NCBI GenBank assembly: GCA_963706575.1
Contig: CAVPNL010000004.1
Span: forward strand, 512,001-576,000
Source: an uncultured delta proteobacterium
GTDB taxonomy: Bacteria; Desulfobacterota; Desulfobacteria; Desulfobacterales; JAHEIW01
Direction: 5' to 3'
Length of the DNA stretch: 64,000 nucleotides
Positions within the stretch are counted from its first letter, which is position 1, and each line of letters starts with the position of its first letter. Under the pieces are notes generated by a model, which worked only from the letters and a program-made list of their open reading frames with translations, did no database searches and was not told the DNA's origin. Positions 9,684 to 20,951 of this stretch are shown one piece after another. Both the position numbers and the translations under genes were made by a program.

Positions 9684-11071
9684 TGGTCAATATCGAGGTT
9701 CTAATTGATTTCGGTTACATCGTTGCGTCGGTGCTCTTCATTATCGGGATCAAGATGCTCGGCCGACCGGAGCGTGCCCGGCGCGGCAACATGGTCTCCT
9801 CCCTGGGCATGTTGATCGCCGTTGTATCAGCCCTGTTTGAGTGTTGCCTGTCGTTTACGCTGGTAATTGCCGGCATGGTCGTCGGTGCCTGTATCGGTGT
9901 GATTGCCGCACGCAAGGTTAAAATGACATCAATGCCGCAAATGGTGGCAATTTTAAACGGTTTTGGCGGACTGGCCAGTCTGCTCGTCGGCTGGGAAAAT
10001 TATCACAGTATGCCCGAGAGCAATCTGTTTATCACCATCGCCATACTGCTGGCGGTGCTCATTGGCGGCGTCGCCTTTTCCGGAAGTTTGATCGCATACG
10101 GCAAACTGTCGGGGAAACTATCAGGTAAACCGATTTTTTTCTACAGCCAACAGGTCGTCAACGGAACCATTATCATTGCAATTTTGTTGTGCGGGGCCAT
10201 TTTTGCATATAATCCGACCGCATCATTTTCTTATGGGATTTTCATTGTCATCATCTGTCTGGCGCTGACACTAGGCGTTTTAGGAACCATCCCCATTGGC
10301 GGGGCCGACATGCCGGTGGTGATCGCCCTGCTAAACAGCTATTCCGGTCTGGCCGCCAGTGCCGCCGGCTTTATCATTCTCAACAATGTTCTCATCGTCG
10401 CCGGTGCACTGGTTGGCGCCAGCGGTTTGATTTTGACCGGCATCATGTGCAAAGCCATGAATCGTTCCCTGGCCAACGTTCTGTTTGGCGGGCTGCAGGC
10501 GGCGGTGAGCGCAGCCGGTGACGACCAGCAGATCCAGGGAGAACCGCATCCCATCTCTCCGGATGATGCTTACTTTATCCTCGAGGCCGCCCGCTCGGTG
10601 GTGTTTGTTCCGGGCTACGGCATGGCTGTGGCTCAGGCACAGCACGCGGTCCGGGAGCTTGGCGATATTCTGGAAAGCAACGGCGCCGAAGTTCGTTATG
10701 CGATTCACCCGGTGGCCGGTCGAATGCCGGGGCACATGAACGTTCTGCTGGCCGAGGCCAATGTCCTTTACGAGCAGCTGGCGGAGATGGATGATGTCAA
10801 CCCCACAATGGATACCGTTGACGTTTGTGTGGTTATCGGCGCCAACGACGTTGTCAATCCCGCCGCCAGAGAGATGGCATCGAGCCCGATCTATGGCATG
10901 CCGGTGATCAACGCGGACAGGGCCAGAACCGTGCTGGTCCTTAAACGCTCCATGGCAACCGGATTCGCCGGAGTGGACAACCCTCTTTTTGTAAAGCAAA
11001 ACACACGCATGCTCTTCGGCGATGCCAAGGCGTCGCTGCAGCAGTTGATCTCAGAGTTCAAGGAAGCCTGA
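9680..11071 (+). CDS. pntB: NAD(P) transhydrogenase beta subunit
   Basis: GGADMPVVI, LNSYSG, HPVAGRMPGHMNVLLAEA and GANDVVNPAA motifs. Confidence 0.95.
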   Translation: MMVNIEVLIDFGYIVASVLFIIGIKMLGRPERARRGNMVSSLGMLIAVVSALFECCLSFTLVIAGMVVGACIGVIAARKVKMTSMPQMVAILNGFGGLASLLVGWENYHSMPESNLFITIAILLAVLIGGVAFSGSLIAYGKLSGKLSGKPIFFYSQQVVNGTIIIAILLCGAIFAYNPTASFSYGIFIVIICLALTLGVLGTIPIGGADMPVVIALLNSYSGLAASAAGFIILNNVLIVAGALVGASGLILTGIMCKAMNRSLANVLFGGLQAAVSAAGDDQQIQGEPHPISPDDAYFILEAARSVVFVPGYGMAVAQAQHAVRELGDILESNGAEVRYAIHPVAGRMPGHMNVLLAEANVLYEQLAEMDDVNPTMDTVDVCVVIGANDVVNPAAREMASSPIYGMPVINADRARTVLVLKRSMATGFAGVDNPLFVKQNTRMLFGDAKASLQQLISEFKEA

Positions 11072-11102
11072 CAACCGTTCCACGGCTGTCAGGCGTTAAA
11101 TT

Positions 11103-11193
11103 TGTTTAATTGGTTTGATTGGTTTAATTCGTTCAATGGGCTCGGCTTAATCAAACCAATTCAACCAATGAAACAAATACAACCAATCTAACA
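11103..11193. repeat. AT-rich 9-mer-periodic inverted repeat element, copy 2
   Basis: Same orientation and near-identical to 7152-7242. Confidence 0.8.
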
Positions 11194-11229
11194 AGTCCGA
11201 ACTTCGAACCCTTGAACCTTGGACATACT

Positions 11230-11985
11230 ATGGACGACAAAATAACGCTGATTGCAGATAAAATTAGAGAAGGCGGTAAAAACGTTGTATTCACAGGTGC
11301 CGGCATCTCCACTGAAAGCGGCATACCGGATTACCGCAGTCAGGGAGGTATCTGGGATAAGTTCCGACCGGTCTATTTTGACGAGTTTATGAGCGCCCGC
11401 GAGGCTCGTGAGGAGTACTGGCGGCGATGGCAGGAACTTTATCAAGGTATCCAGCAGGCCCGGCCGAATGCCGGGCACACAGCCATTGCCAGGCTTGACC
11501 AAATGGGTCTGCTGGAGGCGCTCATCACCCAGAATGTGGATGGGCTTCACCAGGAAGCGGGTCTTGCGGATGAAAAAATAATCGAGCTGCACGGCAATAC
11601 CCGGCGCATCCGCTGCATGAGCTGTCGTAATATTACCTCCACCAAAGAGATCCGAAAGCGTTTGCAATCCGGCGATGCGGCTCCGGAATGCGAGTGCGGC
11701 GGCTATTTAAAACCCGACACCATTTCCTTCGGCCAGGCCATGCCGGTGGACGCAGTGGAAAAAGCCACCGCGCTATCGCATACCAGTGATTTTTTTCTGG
11801 TGGTGGGTTCCACCCTGCTGGTTCAGCCGGCAGCCCACATGCCGGTATACGCCAAACAAAACAATGCGTTTCTGGCGATTGTCAACTTGTCAGATACCCC
11901 TTGCGATAATATGAGTGATGTGCTCATCCGGGATAAAGCCGGCAAGGTGTTGCAGCGGATTGTCAGAGAAGTGGAAAATGGTTGA
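11230..11985 (+). CDS. cobB: Sir2/CobB NAD-dependent protein deacylase
   Basis: GAGISTESGIPDYR, TQNVDGLH, HG and Zn-binding CMSC/CEC motifs. Confidence 0.88.
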   Translation: MDDKITLIADKIREGGKNVVFTGAGISTESGIPDYRSQGGIWDKFRPVYFDEFMSAREAREEYWRRWQELYQGIQQARPNAGHTAIARLDQMGLLEALITQNVDGLHQEAGLADEKIIELHGNTRRIRCMSCRNITSTKEIRKRLQSGDAAPECECGGYLKPDTISFGQAMPVDAVEKATALSHTSDFFLVVGSTLLVQPAAHMPVYAKQNNAFLAIVNLSDTPCDNMSDVLIRDKAGKVLQRIVREVENG

Positions 11986-12077
11986 TATTGAGTGCTCAGG
12001 ATATTGGGTATTGGGTATTCGGAATTGGTCAGAGTTGATGCTCAAGACTTGATGAGAAAAGTGCAAAGCGCAAGTTA

Positions 12078-12182
12078 AATTAGCCACAGACCCGCACAGA
12101 CAGACTCAGACAAATTTTTCTCATGTCAACGAGTGTATCGAATAAACAGTCTGTGTGCGTCCGTGTGAGTCCGTGGCTAATT
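12078..12182. repeat. Intergenic inverted repeat element between convergent genes
   Basis: AATTAGCCACAGAC...GTCCGTGGCTAATT ends with internal 9-mer-like repeats. Confidence 0.65.
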
Positions 12183-12195
12183 TTACTTTGATAGA

Positions 12196-12729
12196 TCAAC
12201 GAACTTTAAGATTATCAATGACCTTAATGGTACCATCGGTGCTGCGGGAAATCTGGATGGCCCGATCCTTCTGATACTTGGTGCTGACAATCCCTGAAAG
12301 GGTGACCACACCCAGATAGACGTCGACATCGATATTCAGAGAACGCACCTCGGGTTCAGCGATCAGCTTGGCTTTGATTTTATTGCTGATCACATTGTCG
12401 GTCCAGATATCTCCGAATTTTCTTTCACCGATCTGGATATGATTGCTGACGGACTTTACGGCCGGAACGTTTCGGGCGATTTGCACGGCGCGAGCGGATT
12501 CTTCAGGGGTCGCGACAACGCCGGTCAGGGTGACATGGCCGCCGATGGTATCGACATCAATCTGCCGGGCTTTAACGATATCGTCTTTGAGCATTTCATG
12601 GTTAATCCGGGTGGTAATCGTGGAATCATCCACCACACCACCAACCGGGTGTTCGCCGGTTTTTTGCGAGCCGGCGCATCCGGAGATGGCAAACAACAAA
12701 ACGACAAACAAAATCAACTGCTTTTTCAT
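12196..12729 (-). CDS. Dual BON-domain (OsmY-like) lipoprotein
   Basis: Lipobox ISGC; two repeats of IDVD..G.VTL.G. Confidence 0.88.
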   Translation of the reverse strand: MKKQLILFVVLLFAISGCAGSQKTGEHPVGGVVDDSTITTRINHEMLKDDIVKARQIDVDTIGGHVTLTGVVATPEESARAVQIARNVPAVKSVSNHIQIGERKFGDIWTDNVISNKIKAKLIAEPEVRSLNIDVDVYLGVVTLSGIVSTKYQKDRAIQISRSTDGTIKVIDNLKVR

Positions 12730-12972
12730 GATCCATACTCCCTTATTGGGTTAATTTTATTTGAGCATAAGAATGCAAAAATTGTGCATATAACCCATTT
12801 AAAAATTTTATTATTAATTTTCAATGGCTTATAAGAAAATACGCCTCCAAGCTGTTCAGAGAGCTGTATACAAAATGTCAAATTATGTTCATAACTGTGT
12901 CAAAATATCGTATCTTATGGGTTGCACCAATCGTTCGATTTTAGGACCGTAAATATTCTGAGGAAACGTCTG

Positions 12973-13639
12973 ATGCAGATCGCAAATAATCTTCACGCCT
13001 TTATCTGGCAGTCTCTGACAGCCAACAATTGCAATGCCTATTTCATTGACGGCCCGACCCGCATATTGATCGACCCCGGTCATCGGGCCCTTTTCGACCA
13101 TGTCGAGCTGGGTTTAAAGGAATCTGGGGCTAAAAACAGATGATATCGATCTGGTCATCTGCACCCATGCCCATCCCGATCACCTGGAAGCCGTCCCGCT
13201 GTTCAAGAAAAATGGCGCTCAATTTACCCTGCATGAAATCGAATGGCAGTGGGCCGCAACTGTCGGCAGGCAAATGAGTGCTAGTTTTGGAATCGATATC
13301 GACACCCTTGCACCCGACTTTTTTCTGCAGGAGGGCGAGCTGTCGCTTGACGGCCTTGAAATGAAAGTCTTCCACACTCCCGGCCATTCTCCCGGCTCTG
13401 TGTGCCTTTACTGGCCGATGCAAAAGGCACTGTTTACCGGGGACTTGGTATTCAAGGAAGGGCTCGGACGTACCGATTTGCCCGGGGGTGACGGTGCCCT
13501 GATCAAAGAAAGCATTAAGCGCATGTCGCTTCTGGATGTTGAACTGCTGTTATCCGGCCACGGCGAAATCATATCCGGCGCCCGGGAAGTAAAGTCAAAT
13601 TTTGAGCAGATTGAAGATTTCTGGTTTCGCTATGTCTGA
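12973..13639 (+). pseudogene. MBL-fold metallo-hydrolase with one extra base near 13116-13124 (possible sequencing error)
   Basis: ILIDPG in the first frame continues as LGLKTDDIDLVICTHAHPDH...HTPGHSPG...GHG in the shifted frame. Confidence 0.8.
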
Positions 13640-13917
13640 GTTTTATACCGGGCAGAAGTCAGAAGACAGCGGACAGCGCCGCTCACGCCGGTTATGTATT
13701 TAGATTGTTGAATTGGGTTGTATACGCTGTATTCACCATAGTATAGCTTCTCGCTGAGGTGCCGCTGGTGCTGAGCATCATGGCCATATAGCGACGTGGT
13801 GTATACAGAATGTGGTATCCTCGAGCGGCTGCGATCAAAAGACGTTTACCAACCAGCCAAAGTATTAAGCACTTTCATATGCTCGCCACCCTTGTACGCT
13901 GCATAAGGAGATATGCC

Positions 13918-14721
13918 ATGAAATTGTCCGGATTTCCTTGCTCAATTGTGTTAGTGGTCGTTTTAGTAATTATAGGATTTGTTGCAAGCAGCCTTAATGT
14001 TTATAATGCCTCAGCAGAGGAAATAATTTCTATTGCAGCGCATGAGTATTCTCCCTGGGCAGGGAAGAATTTGAAATCCAATGGATTTGTCAACCACGTG
14101 ATTACTGCAGCATTTCAGCGGAAAGGCTATTCTGTCAAGTTTACATATCTCCCATTTAAAAGAGGTGTTATAGAAACTAAAAATGGGCAATATTCGGCTC
14201 TGTCCTATGTTTATTTCAGTAAAGACAGGGAAAAAGAATTTTTTTTAAGCGATCCAATCAGTGAGGAGAAAATTGTTCTTTTCCATTTAAAATCAAATCC
14301 AATTAGAGATTGGAAAACTTTAGATGATCTGAAAAAATACAAATTTGGAGCAACGAGAGAATATACATATACCAAAGAATTTTGGATGGCGATAGAATCA
14401 AAACGATTAAACGTTGATTTAACAGACAACGATATGCAAAATTTTAAAAAACTTTTCGCTGGCAGAATTGATATTTTTCCATCTGGCTTAGTGAATGGAT
14501 ACAGCATCCTTCAAAAAGAGTTTGATCCAGGCAAATCCGAACTATTAACATATCATCTAAAACCATTATCGAATACAACGGGACACCTGGCGTTTACAAA
14601 AAGCAGGCAAGATTCTAAAAATCTTCTGCAGATTTTTAACGATGGGCTAGCGAAACTGAAAAAAGAAGGATTATATGATCAGTTTAGGGATGATTTGCTG
14701 GAAGGAAAATACAGCCCGTGA
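13918..14721 (+). CDS. Periplasmic substrate-binding protein (family 3-like)
   Basis: Signal peptide; EYSPW, LPFKR, GRIDIF and FNDGLAKLKKEG motifs; AAGGAG RBS. Confidence 0.8.
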   Translation: MKLSGFPCSIVLVVVLVIIGFVASSLNVYNASAEEIISIAAHEYSPWAGKNLKSNGFVNHVITAAFQRKGYSVKFTYLPFKRGVIETKNGQYSALSYVYFSKDREKEFFLSDPISEEKIVLFHLKSNPIRDWKTLDDLKKYKFGATREYTYTKEFWMAIESKRLNVDLTDNDMQNFKKLFAGRIDIFPSGLVNGYSILQKEFDPGKSELLTYHLKPLSNTTGHLAFTKSRQDSKNLLQIFNDGLAKLKKEGLYDQFRDDLLEGKYSP

Positions 14722-14780
14722 AAAACTTGCCGGTCAGCACCGGATCAAAAAATGCGGTTACGATGGAATGAGGTGAAAGA

Positions 14781-16427
14781 ATGCAAAATTTAGATTCATT
14801 TAAACCGCGCTCAATCTCCAGAACGCTTTCAGCTGGTTTAATCATTACGCTTGTTTTGGTAGCCGGGTTGAGCCTGGGTGTGAATTTTATTCTCTCCTCC
14901 CGCGAGGCCAAAGCCGAATTGGAAACAAGGGTGGAAGAATATATTTCTGCGTTAACAGATGCTTTGAAAGTTCCGCTTTGGAACTATTCTGAAGAGACGA
15001 TCGAGGTGATTTGTACATCCTATGCCCAAAACGAGCTTGTTGCTAAATTACTGTTAGAGGATCAAAAAGGCGCTGTATTATTTAAAAAGGAAAAAATTGA
15101 CCAACGGCTGGTTGTCGCGCGATCAAAGGATATTCTCTATGAAGGCAACCTTATTGGCCGTGTCCATATTGCGTTGGCTTCAGGCTATTATACCGCCGTT
15201 AATCGACAGCTTTTCCAGTCATTTGGCCTGACCATCCTTATCATGATAGGGACCCTGCTGGTTATGACGAGCGTCCTGTTGCGGCAGTTCTTAAAAAAGC
15301 CGATGTCACGGTTTATCAAAATGGTCGACACCTATGCCGACGGTGAGTCCGATGCGTTCAAACAAGGCACTCCCTACAGTGAGTTTGGTCCCCTCGTCGA
15401 TGTACTCGATGAGATGGGAGAAAAGATCACATCGCAGATGAGATCGATCAGGAAATTGAATGATGATTTAGAAAAGCGGGTGGAGGAGCGAACCGCGGAG
15501 CTGAGGAAACTGTCGGAAGCTATTGAGCAAAGCCCGGTCACGGTGATGATTACCGATAAAAAGGGGACCATTGAATATGTCAACCCGAGTTTTAGTGAAG
15601 TGACCGGTTATTCCGCAAAAGAGGCAATTGGACAAAACCCACGCATTTTAAAATCAGGGAATCATCCTAATTCATTCTACAAAGATCTCTGGGATACCAT
15701 TCTTTCTGGAAGAACCTGGCGGAGTGAATTTCTCAACCAAAAGAAAAACGATGAGGAATTTTGGGAAAGTACTTCTATCTCAGCCATCAAAAATGACGAA
15801 GGCGAAATTACCCATTTCGTTGCGGTGAAGCAGGATATCACCGAACGAAAAAAGGCCGAGGAGGAAATCAAAAATTCCCAACAGCGCATGGCACAAATTA
15901 TTGACTTTCTGCCGGATCCCACCTGGGTGGTTGATAATGAAGGCAAGGTGGTCCGTTGGAACAAAGCTATTGAAAAATTGCTGAATGTAAAAGCAGAGAA
16001 TATGGTTGGCAAAGGCAACTATGAGCATGCGTTGCCGTTTTATGGTGAAAGAAGACCCGTTTTAATTGATCTGGTCCGAAATTGGCAACCCGAATATGAA
16101 GAAAAATATCTGTCGGTTAAAAAGGAAGGCAAAAACCTGATCTCCGAATCGTACCATGAACATTTAGGTGATGGCGGTATATATCTTAGCGCAACTGCCG
16201 GTTTGCTTTACGATGCCACAGGGAAAATCGCCGGCGCCATCGAATCGCTGCGGGATACCACCGAGAGCAAGCACATGGAAGCGGATTTGAGGCGCAATGT
16301 TGAAGAACTGGAGCGGTTCAATAAGTTGGCGATCTCACGGGAAATAATGATGATCCAGCTGAAAGAAGAGATCAACGAGTTGTGCGGTCAATTAAATCAA
16401 GATAAAAAATATAAGATTGTCAAATAA
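14781..16427 (+). CDS. Membrane sensor with periplasmic domain, HAMP-like linker and two PAS domains; no output domain
   Basis: Two TM helices; PAS motifs YVNPSF...TGYS and WNKAIE; ends in coiled coil ELERFNKLAISREIMMIQLKEEINEL. Confidence 0.8.
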   Translation: MQNLDSFKPRSISRTLSAGLIITLVLVAGLSLGVNFILSSREAKAELETRVEEYISALTDALKVPLWNYSEETIEVICTSYAQNELVAKLLLEDQKGAVLFKKEKIDQRLVVARSKDILYEGNLIGRVHIALASGYYTAVNRQLFQSFGLTILIMIGTLLVMTSVLLRQFLKKPMSRFIKMVDTYADGESDAFKQGTPYSEFGPLVDVLDEMGEKITSQMRSIRKLNDDLEKRVEERTAELRKLSEAIEQSPVTVMITDKKGTIEYVNPSFSEVTGYSAKEAIGQNPRILKSGNHPNSFYKDLWDTILSGRTWRSEFLNQKKNDEEFWESTSISAIKNDEGEITHFVAVKQDITERKKAEEEIKNSQQRMAQIIDFLPDPTWVVDNEGKVVRWNKAIEKLLNVKAENMVGKGNYEHALPFYGERRPVLIDLVRNWQPEYEEKYLSVKKEGKNLISESYHEHLGDGGIYLSATAGLLYDATGKIAGAIESLRDTTESKHMEADLRRNVEELERFNKLAISREIMMIQLKEEINELCGQLNQDKKYKIVK

Positions 16428-16462
16428 AGTGAATAAACAATTTAACCTGGGGAGGAGCAAAG

Positions 16463-16990
16463 ATGTTTAAAGAAGAAAGAGATGAGCTAAAATTCGACTG
16501 GAGCATGATTGGAAATATCGGGGAAGGTCGGCCCAACCTCGGGAATACAATGGATGTGAGCGTTTACCGGCTGATGCAGTTTACACTCAGAGATGTGCTT
16601 ATAAAGCAATTCGACGCTGAATCCGCAGATAGAATATTTTATGAGGCCGGTAAGCAGGCAGGCAAAGAGTTTTGTAAAGAGTTGATCACCCAGAAAGATG
16701 ATTTTAATGAATTTGTGGTCGAGCTCCAGGAGTTACTTAAAAAACTCAAAATCGGCATTTTAAGAGTTGAAGAAGCAGACCTTGAAAAAATGAACTTCAC
16801 GCTGACCGTCGCGGAAGACCTGGATTGCTCAGGATTGCCGGCCAGTGATGAAACCATCTGTACATACGATGAGGGATTTATCAGTGGGTTACTTTCTGAG
16901 TATACCGGGAAAAAGTTTAGCGCCAAGGAAGTCGATTGCTGGTGTTCAGGCGATAGAGTCTGTCGGTTTGAAGCGAAGTCAGTCGCTTAA
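16463..16990 (+). CDS. Stand-alone V4R (4-vinyl reductase) domain protein
   Basis: EDLDCSGLP...[10 protein letters not shown]...[14 protein letters not shown]. Confidence 0.85.
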   Translation: MFKEERDELKFDWSMIGNIGEGRPNLGNTMDVSVYRLMQFTLRDVLIKQFDAESADRIFYEAGKQAGKEFCKELITQKDDFNEFVVELQELLKKLKIGILRVEEADLEKMNFTLTVAEDLDCSGLPASDETICTYDEGFISGLLSEYTGKKFSAKEVDCWCSGDRVCRFEAKSVA

Positions 16991-17001
16991 GGGATAAACG
17001 C

Positions 17002-19779
17002 ATGCTCAATGTAAAAGAAGAAGATATCGATAAGATAACGGAAGCATTTTATCTCATTCTTAAGGGTAAAAAGCCGACACCTATCGAACTGCCCCAAGAC
17101 TATCCGGACAATGAAATCAAGCAGGCGGTAAGCTATATAAACAAATTCATAAATGAATATAACAGCGCGACTGATTCAATTCACACCTTATCCAAAGGTG
17201 AACTAAATCTTGAACCTCCTAAAGGCAAGATGTTAATTCTGCAAACTATAAAACATTTGCATGCAAGTTTAAGACATTTGACCTGGACAACGCAACAAAT
17301 CGCCAAGGGTGATTTCAGTCATGAAGTAGATTTTATGGGAGATTTTTCGGCTGCTTTCAACAGCATGACTCAGCAATTAAAAGATTCCTTCACGGAACGA
17401 AAAAAAACGAATGAAATCCTTCAGAAACGCATCAATGAACTGGATGATGCCCGCCTGGCCATGCTGAACATGATGGAAGATCTCGATGTGGCCAGAAATG
17501 AAGCTGAAGATGCCACTAAGGCCAAAAGCGAATTTCTGGCGAACATGAGCCATGAAATCCGTACACCCATGAATGCCATCATGGGGATGGCGCATCTGGC
17601 TTTAAAAACCGACCTTACCGCCAAGCAGTATGACTATCTGAAAAAAGTAGATATCTCCGCCAAGTCGCTTCTGGGTATCATCAACGACATCCTGGATTTT
17701 TCCAAGATCGAAGCCGGCAAAATGGACATGGAGTCCGTGGACTTCCAGCTGGAAGATACACTGGATAACATCTCTACGCTGGTCGGCATTAAGACCCAGG
17801 AAAAGGGATTGGAGCTGCTTTTTAAGACCGATCCATCCGTGCCGCGGGCGCTTGTCGGTGATCCCCTGCGACTGGGGCAAATTCTCATTAATTTATCAAA
17901 CAACGCCGTAAAATTTACGGATACGGGTGAGATTGTCGTCGCTACCGAATTGGTCAAGCAAGACAAAGCGCAGGTCACCTTAAAATTTTCAGTTCATGAT
18001 ACCGGCATTGGCATGACCGCGGAACAAGCCGCCAAGCTGTTTCAACCTTTTGCCCAGGCAGATTCTTCAACTACCCGAAAATATGGCGGCACCGGCCTGG
18101 GGTTAACGATCAGCAAACGGCTGGCAGAGATGATGGGCGGGGAGATCTGGGTGGAAAGCCAACCGGACCGGGGCAGTACCTTCAGTTTTACCGCCAACTT
18201 GGGCCTGGGAAAAGAGAGAGCGAAAAAACGCTTCAAGCCGGTATCCGAACTGCGCGGCATGAAGGTTTTGGTGGTGGATGACAGCGCCACTTCAAGGAGC
18301 ATATTGCAGGAAATGCTGGAATCTTTTTCATTTGAGGTCTCATTGGCATCGTCCGGGGAGGAGGGAATCTCAGAACTTGAAGCCGCCAGCAAAGATAAAC
18401 CCTTTGAGCTGGTCATCATGGATTGGCAGATGCCGGATATGGACGGGATTGAGACATCCAGGCGCATTAAAAACCACAGGGGTTTATACAAAATTCCAGC
18501 CATCGTTATGGTGACCGCCTACGGCCGCGAAGAGGTCATGCAGCAGGCCGAACAGGTGGGGCTCGAGGGCTTTCTGCTTAAACCGGTCAATCCTTCGATG
18601 CTTTTTGACGCGATTATGCAGGCCTTTGGAGAAGCCGTGCCCGAAACCTCGCGGATTGCGCAGAGACATGAACAAGAAGCCGAGGCTTTGAAGCATATTC
18701 GGGGGGCACAGCTACTCTTGGTGGAAGATAATGAAATCAACCAGCAGGTGGCCAGGGAAATTCTTGAGGGCGCCGGTCTACATGTCACCCTGGCCACCAA
18801 TGGTCAGGAGGCCGTCAACGCTGTAAAGGAAAGCAGTTATGACGCGGTGCTCATGGATGTTCAGATGCCGGTAATGGATGGGTACACCGCCACAAAAGCA
18901 ATTCGGAAGTGGGAGACAGAAGTCCTCAGTCCTCAGTCCTCAGCACTTCCAATTATAGCCATGACGGCGCATGCCATGGCCGGTGATGAGGATAAAAGTT
19001 TGCAAGCCGGCATGAACGGTCATGTGACGAAACCGATTGACCCCGACCAGCTGTTTGCCACCCTGCAGAAGTGGATCAAACCGGTTGCAGAGCGGGTCGT
19101 CGTTCAAAAGTCGCCGGTACGTGATGAACCTGCGGAGCCTGCTCAAACGGTGCCGCTGGAAGAGGACTTGCCGGAATCTTTGCCGGGTTTCGATCTGGCG
19201 GCCGGTCTTTCGCGCCTGATGGGCAACAAACGTCTCTATCGCAAGCTGCTGCTTGATTTTGGCGCAAACTATGGCGCAGTCGCCGGCGAAATCCGTGAGG
19301 CGTTGGCAACCAGGGATTTTGAACAGGCCCATAGTCTGGTTCACAATCTCAAAGGGCTGGCCGGAAATCTGGAAGCCACAGACCTTCAGGCGGCGACCGT
19401 AGCAATGGAAAAACTTGTTAAAGGGCAGGCTGCGGAGACTGCCTCTGATAAGGAACTGAACCAGAAATTAACAGACCTGGAAATTACTCTCGAGCAGGCT
19501 CTGGACGCGGTTCAAACCTTAGGTCCCATGGCTGAAAAGAAAAGCATCGAGAGCACAGCAGAAGAGATGTCATCTGTACCCCCCGAACTGGCTCAGAAGA
19601 TGGCTGACCGCATCAACGCGGCTGCTGAAATGGGAGATATGATGCAAATTAAATCCATTGCCGAAGAGTTGATGTCCGAATCGGATGCCGCGGCACCTTT
19701 CTGCAACAGAATCGTCCGATTAGCGGAAGATTTTGATTTCGATGGTATTCAAAACCTTTTGCTTGAATTAGATAGCTAA
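17002..19779 (+). CDS. Soluble hybrid histidine kinase (HAMP-HisKA-HATPase-REC-REC-Hpt)
   Basis: [21 protein letters not shown], two receiver domains and Hpt HNLKG; no TM helix. Confidence 0.92.
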   Translation: MLNVKEEDIDKITEAFYLILKGKKPTPIELPQDYPDNEIKQAVSYINKFINEYNSATDSIHTLSKGELNLEPPKGKMLILQTIKHLHASLRHLTWTTQQIAKGDFSHEVDFMGDFSAAFNSMTQQLKDSFTERKKTNEILQKRINELDDARLAMLNMMEDLDVARNEAEDATKAKSEFLANMSHEIRTPMNAIMGMAHLALKTDLTAKQYDYLKKVDISAKSLLGIINDILDFSKIEAGKMDMESVDFQLEDTLDNISTLVGIKTQEKGLELLFKTDPSVPRALVGDPLRLGQILINLSNNAVKFTDTGEIVVATELVKQDKAQVTLKFSVHDTGIGMTAEQAAKLFQPFAQADSSTTRKYGGTGLGLTISKRLAEMMGGEIWVESQPDRGSTFSFTANLGLGKERAKKRFKPVSELRGMKVLVVDDSATSRSILQEMLESFSFEVSLASSGEEGISELEAASKDKPFELVIMDWQMPDMDGIETSRRIKNHRGLYKIPAIVMVTAYGREEVMQQAEQVGLEGFLLKPVNPSMLFDAIMQAFGEAVPETSRIAQRHEQEAEALKHIRGAQLLLVEDNEINQQVAREILEGAGLHVTLATNGQEAVNAVKESSYDAVLMDVQMPVMDGYTATKAIRKWETEVLSPQSSALPIIAMTAHAMAGDEDKSLQAGMNGHVTKPIDPDQLFATLQKWIKPVAERVVVQKSPVRDEPAEPAQTVPLEEDLPESLPGFDLAAGLSRLMGNKRLYRKLLLDFGANYGAVAGEIREALATRDFEQAHSLVHNLKGLAGNLEATDLQAATVAMEKLVKGQAAETASDKELNQKLTDLEITLEQALDAVQTLGPMAEKKSIESTAEEMSSVPPELAQKMADRINAAAEMGDMMQIKSIAEELMSESDAAAPFCNRIVRLAEDFDFDGIQNLLLELDS
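18921..18947 (+). repeat. AGTCCTC x3 heptamer repeat in frame inside the second REC domain
   Basis: Encodes VLSPQSSAL between IRKWE and PIIAMTA. Confidence 0.7.
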
Positions 19780-19847
19780 ATCAAATACAACTGGTCTTTA
19801 ATTCCAAGAATAAAAGTATTTCATTCATTTATTTTTTCCCCGGGAGG

Positions 19848-20951
19848 TTGAGTATGATAAAACAGACGTTCAAGCGCATGGTCTGGCTGCTATGCATATC
19901 AGTTGCCCTGACGGCATGCAAAGAAAAAACTGAAATTGTTGAAGTGGTCCGGGCCATCAAGACGATTACTGTCAAGGAGCAGCCTACCGAGAAGATATTC
20001 AAATTTTCCGGACAAGTCGCTGCGGTCGACTCCTCCGGCCTCAGTTTTCAGGTCGGCGGGCAGGTTGAGTCTGTGGAAGTTGACATCGGTGATCGCGTGA
20101 AAAAAGGGCAGGTGCTCGCTGTTCTCGACCCCGAGCCCTACGAGCTGGAGGTCGATGCAACCGGGGCTGAGCTTGTCAAGGCCAGGGACAATGTTACCAA
20201 AACAAAGGCGGAGTACGAGCGCCAGAAGCGGATTTTCGATCAGGGGGCGGGGGCAGAAAGGTTTGTGGAAGTTACAGAATATCAGTACAAGGCCGCTGCG
20301 AGCGCGGTTGATTTTCAGATTGCCAGACTGGATCAAGCCAAACGCAATCTGCGCAAAACAAAACTGATCTCTCCCTACGACGGCATCATCGCCTGGCGGT
20401 CGGTACAGCCCAATGAAGAGGTGGGAGTCGGGCAGAAAATTCTCGAAATTAATGCCAGCGGTAAAATGGAGGTGGAGCTGGCCATACCGGAGACCACCGT
20501 CGACCGGATCCACATCGATGACCCGGCGACGATCACCTTTCCCAACCTGCCGGGGGAGTCCACCAAAGGCCGAATTTCTTACATCGGTGGCGCCGCCGTT
20601 AAGGCCAATGCTTTTCCGGTCAAAGTGGAGCTGATCGATCCCAATGATAAAGTCAAACCCGGCATGACCGCCGAAGCCAGTCTTACGGTAAAAGATGAAA
20701 ACCGGCAGCCCGGTTTCCTGGTTCCGATGCAGGCAGTCCTGCCTTCCCCGGAGCCGGACCGGGGATATGCCTTTGTGTATGACACCCAGACATCGACGGT
20801 CAAAAAAACACCGGTTCGCTCCCGCGGGACAGAAAATAAAAAAGTAATCGTGGACGAGGGTCTGGCGGCCGGGGACATTATTGCTGTGGCCGGTGTGAGT
20901 TTTCTGGCGGATGGGATGAAAGTCAAACTGCTGGAGGGGAACGGAAAATGA
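19848..20951 (+). CDS. RND efflux periplasmic adaptor (lipoprotein)
   Basis: Lipobox LTAC; GDRVKKGQVLA, SPYDG and KPGM motifs. Confidence 0.9.
   Translation: MSMIKQTFKRMVWLLCISVALTACKEKTEIVEVVRAIKTITVKEQPTEKIFKFSGQVAAVDSSGLSFQVGGQVESVEVDIGDRVKKGQVLAVLDPEPYELEVDATGAELVKARDNVTKTKAEYERQKRIFDQGAGAERFVEVTEYQYKAAASAVDFQIARLDQAKRNLRKTKLISPYDGIIAWRSVQPNEEVGVGQKILEINASGKMEVELAIPETTVDRIHIDDPATITFPNLPGESTKGRISYIGGAAVKANAFPVKVELIDPNDKVKPGMTAEASLTVKDENRQPGFLVPMQAVLPSPEPDRGYAFVYDTQTSTVKKTPVRSRGTENKKVIVDEGLAAGDIIAVAGVSFLADGMKVKLLEGNGK

Noticed and set aside
7152..11193. Composite transposon bounded by the two 90-bp repeats
   Set aside because: No transposase or target duplication; the repeats belong to the dispersed palindromic family
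11230..11985. Sir2 protein as an anti-phage (Thoeris/DSR) effector
   Set aside because: It has the size, Zn-binding module and motifs of a housekeeping CobB deacylase, with no defence genes nearby
13141..13143. TGA in the MBL hydrolase as a Sec codon
   Set aside because: The homologous continuation (THAHPDH) is in a different frame, so this is a frameshift rather than readthrough
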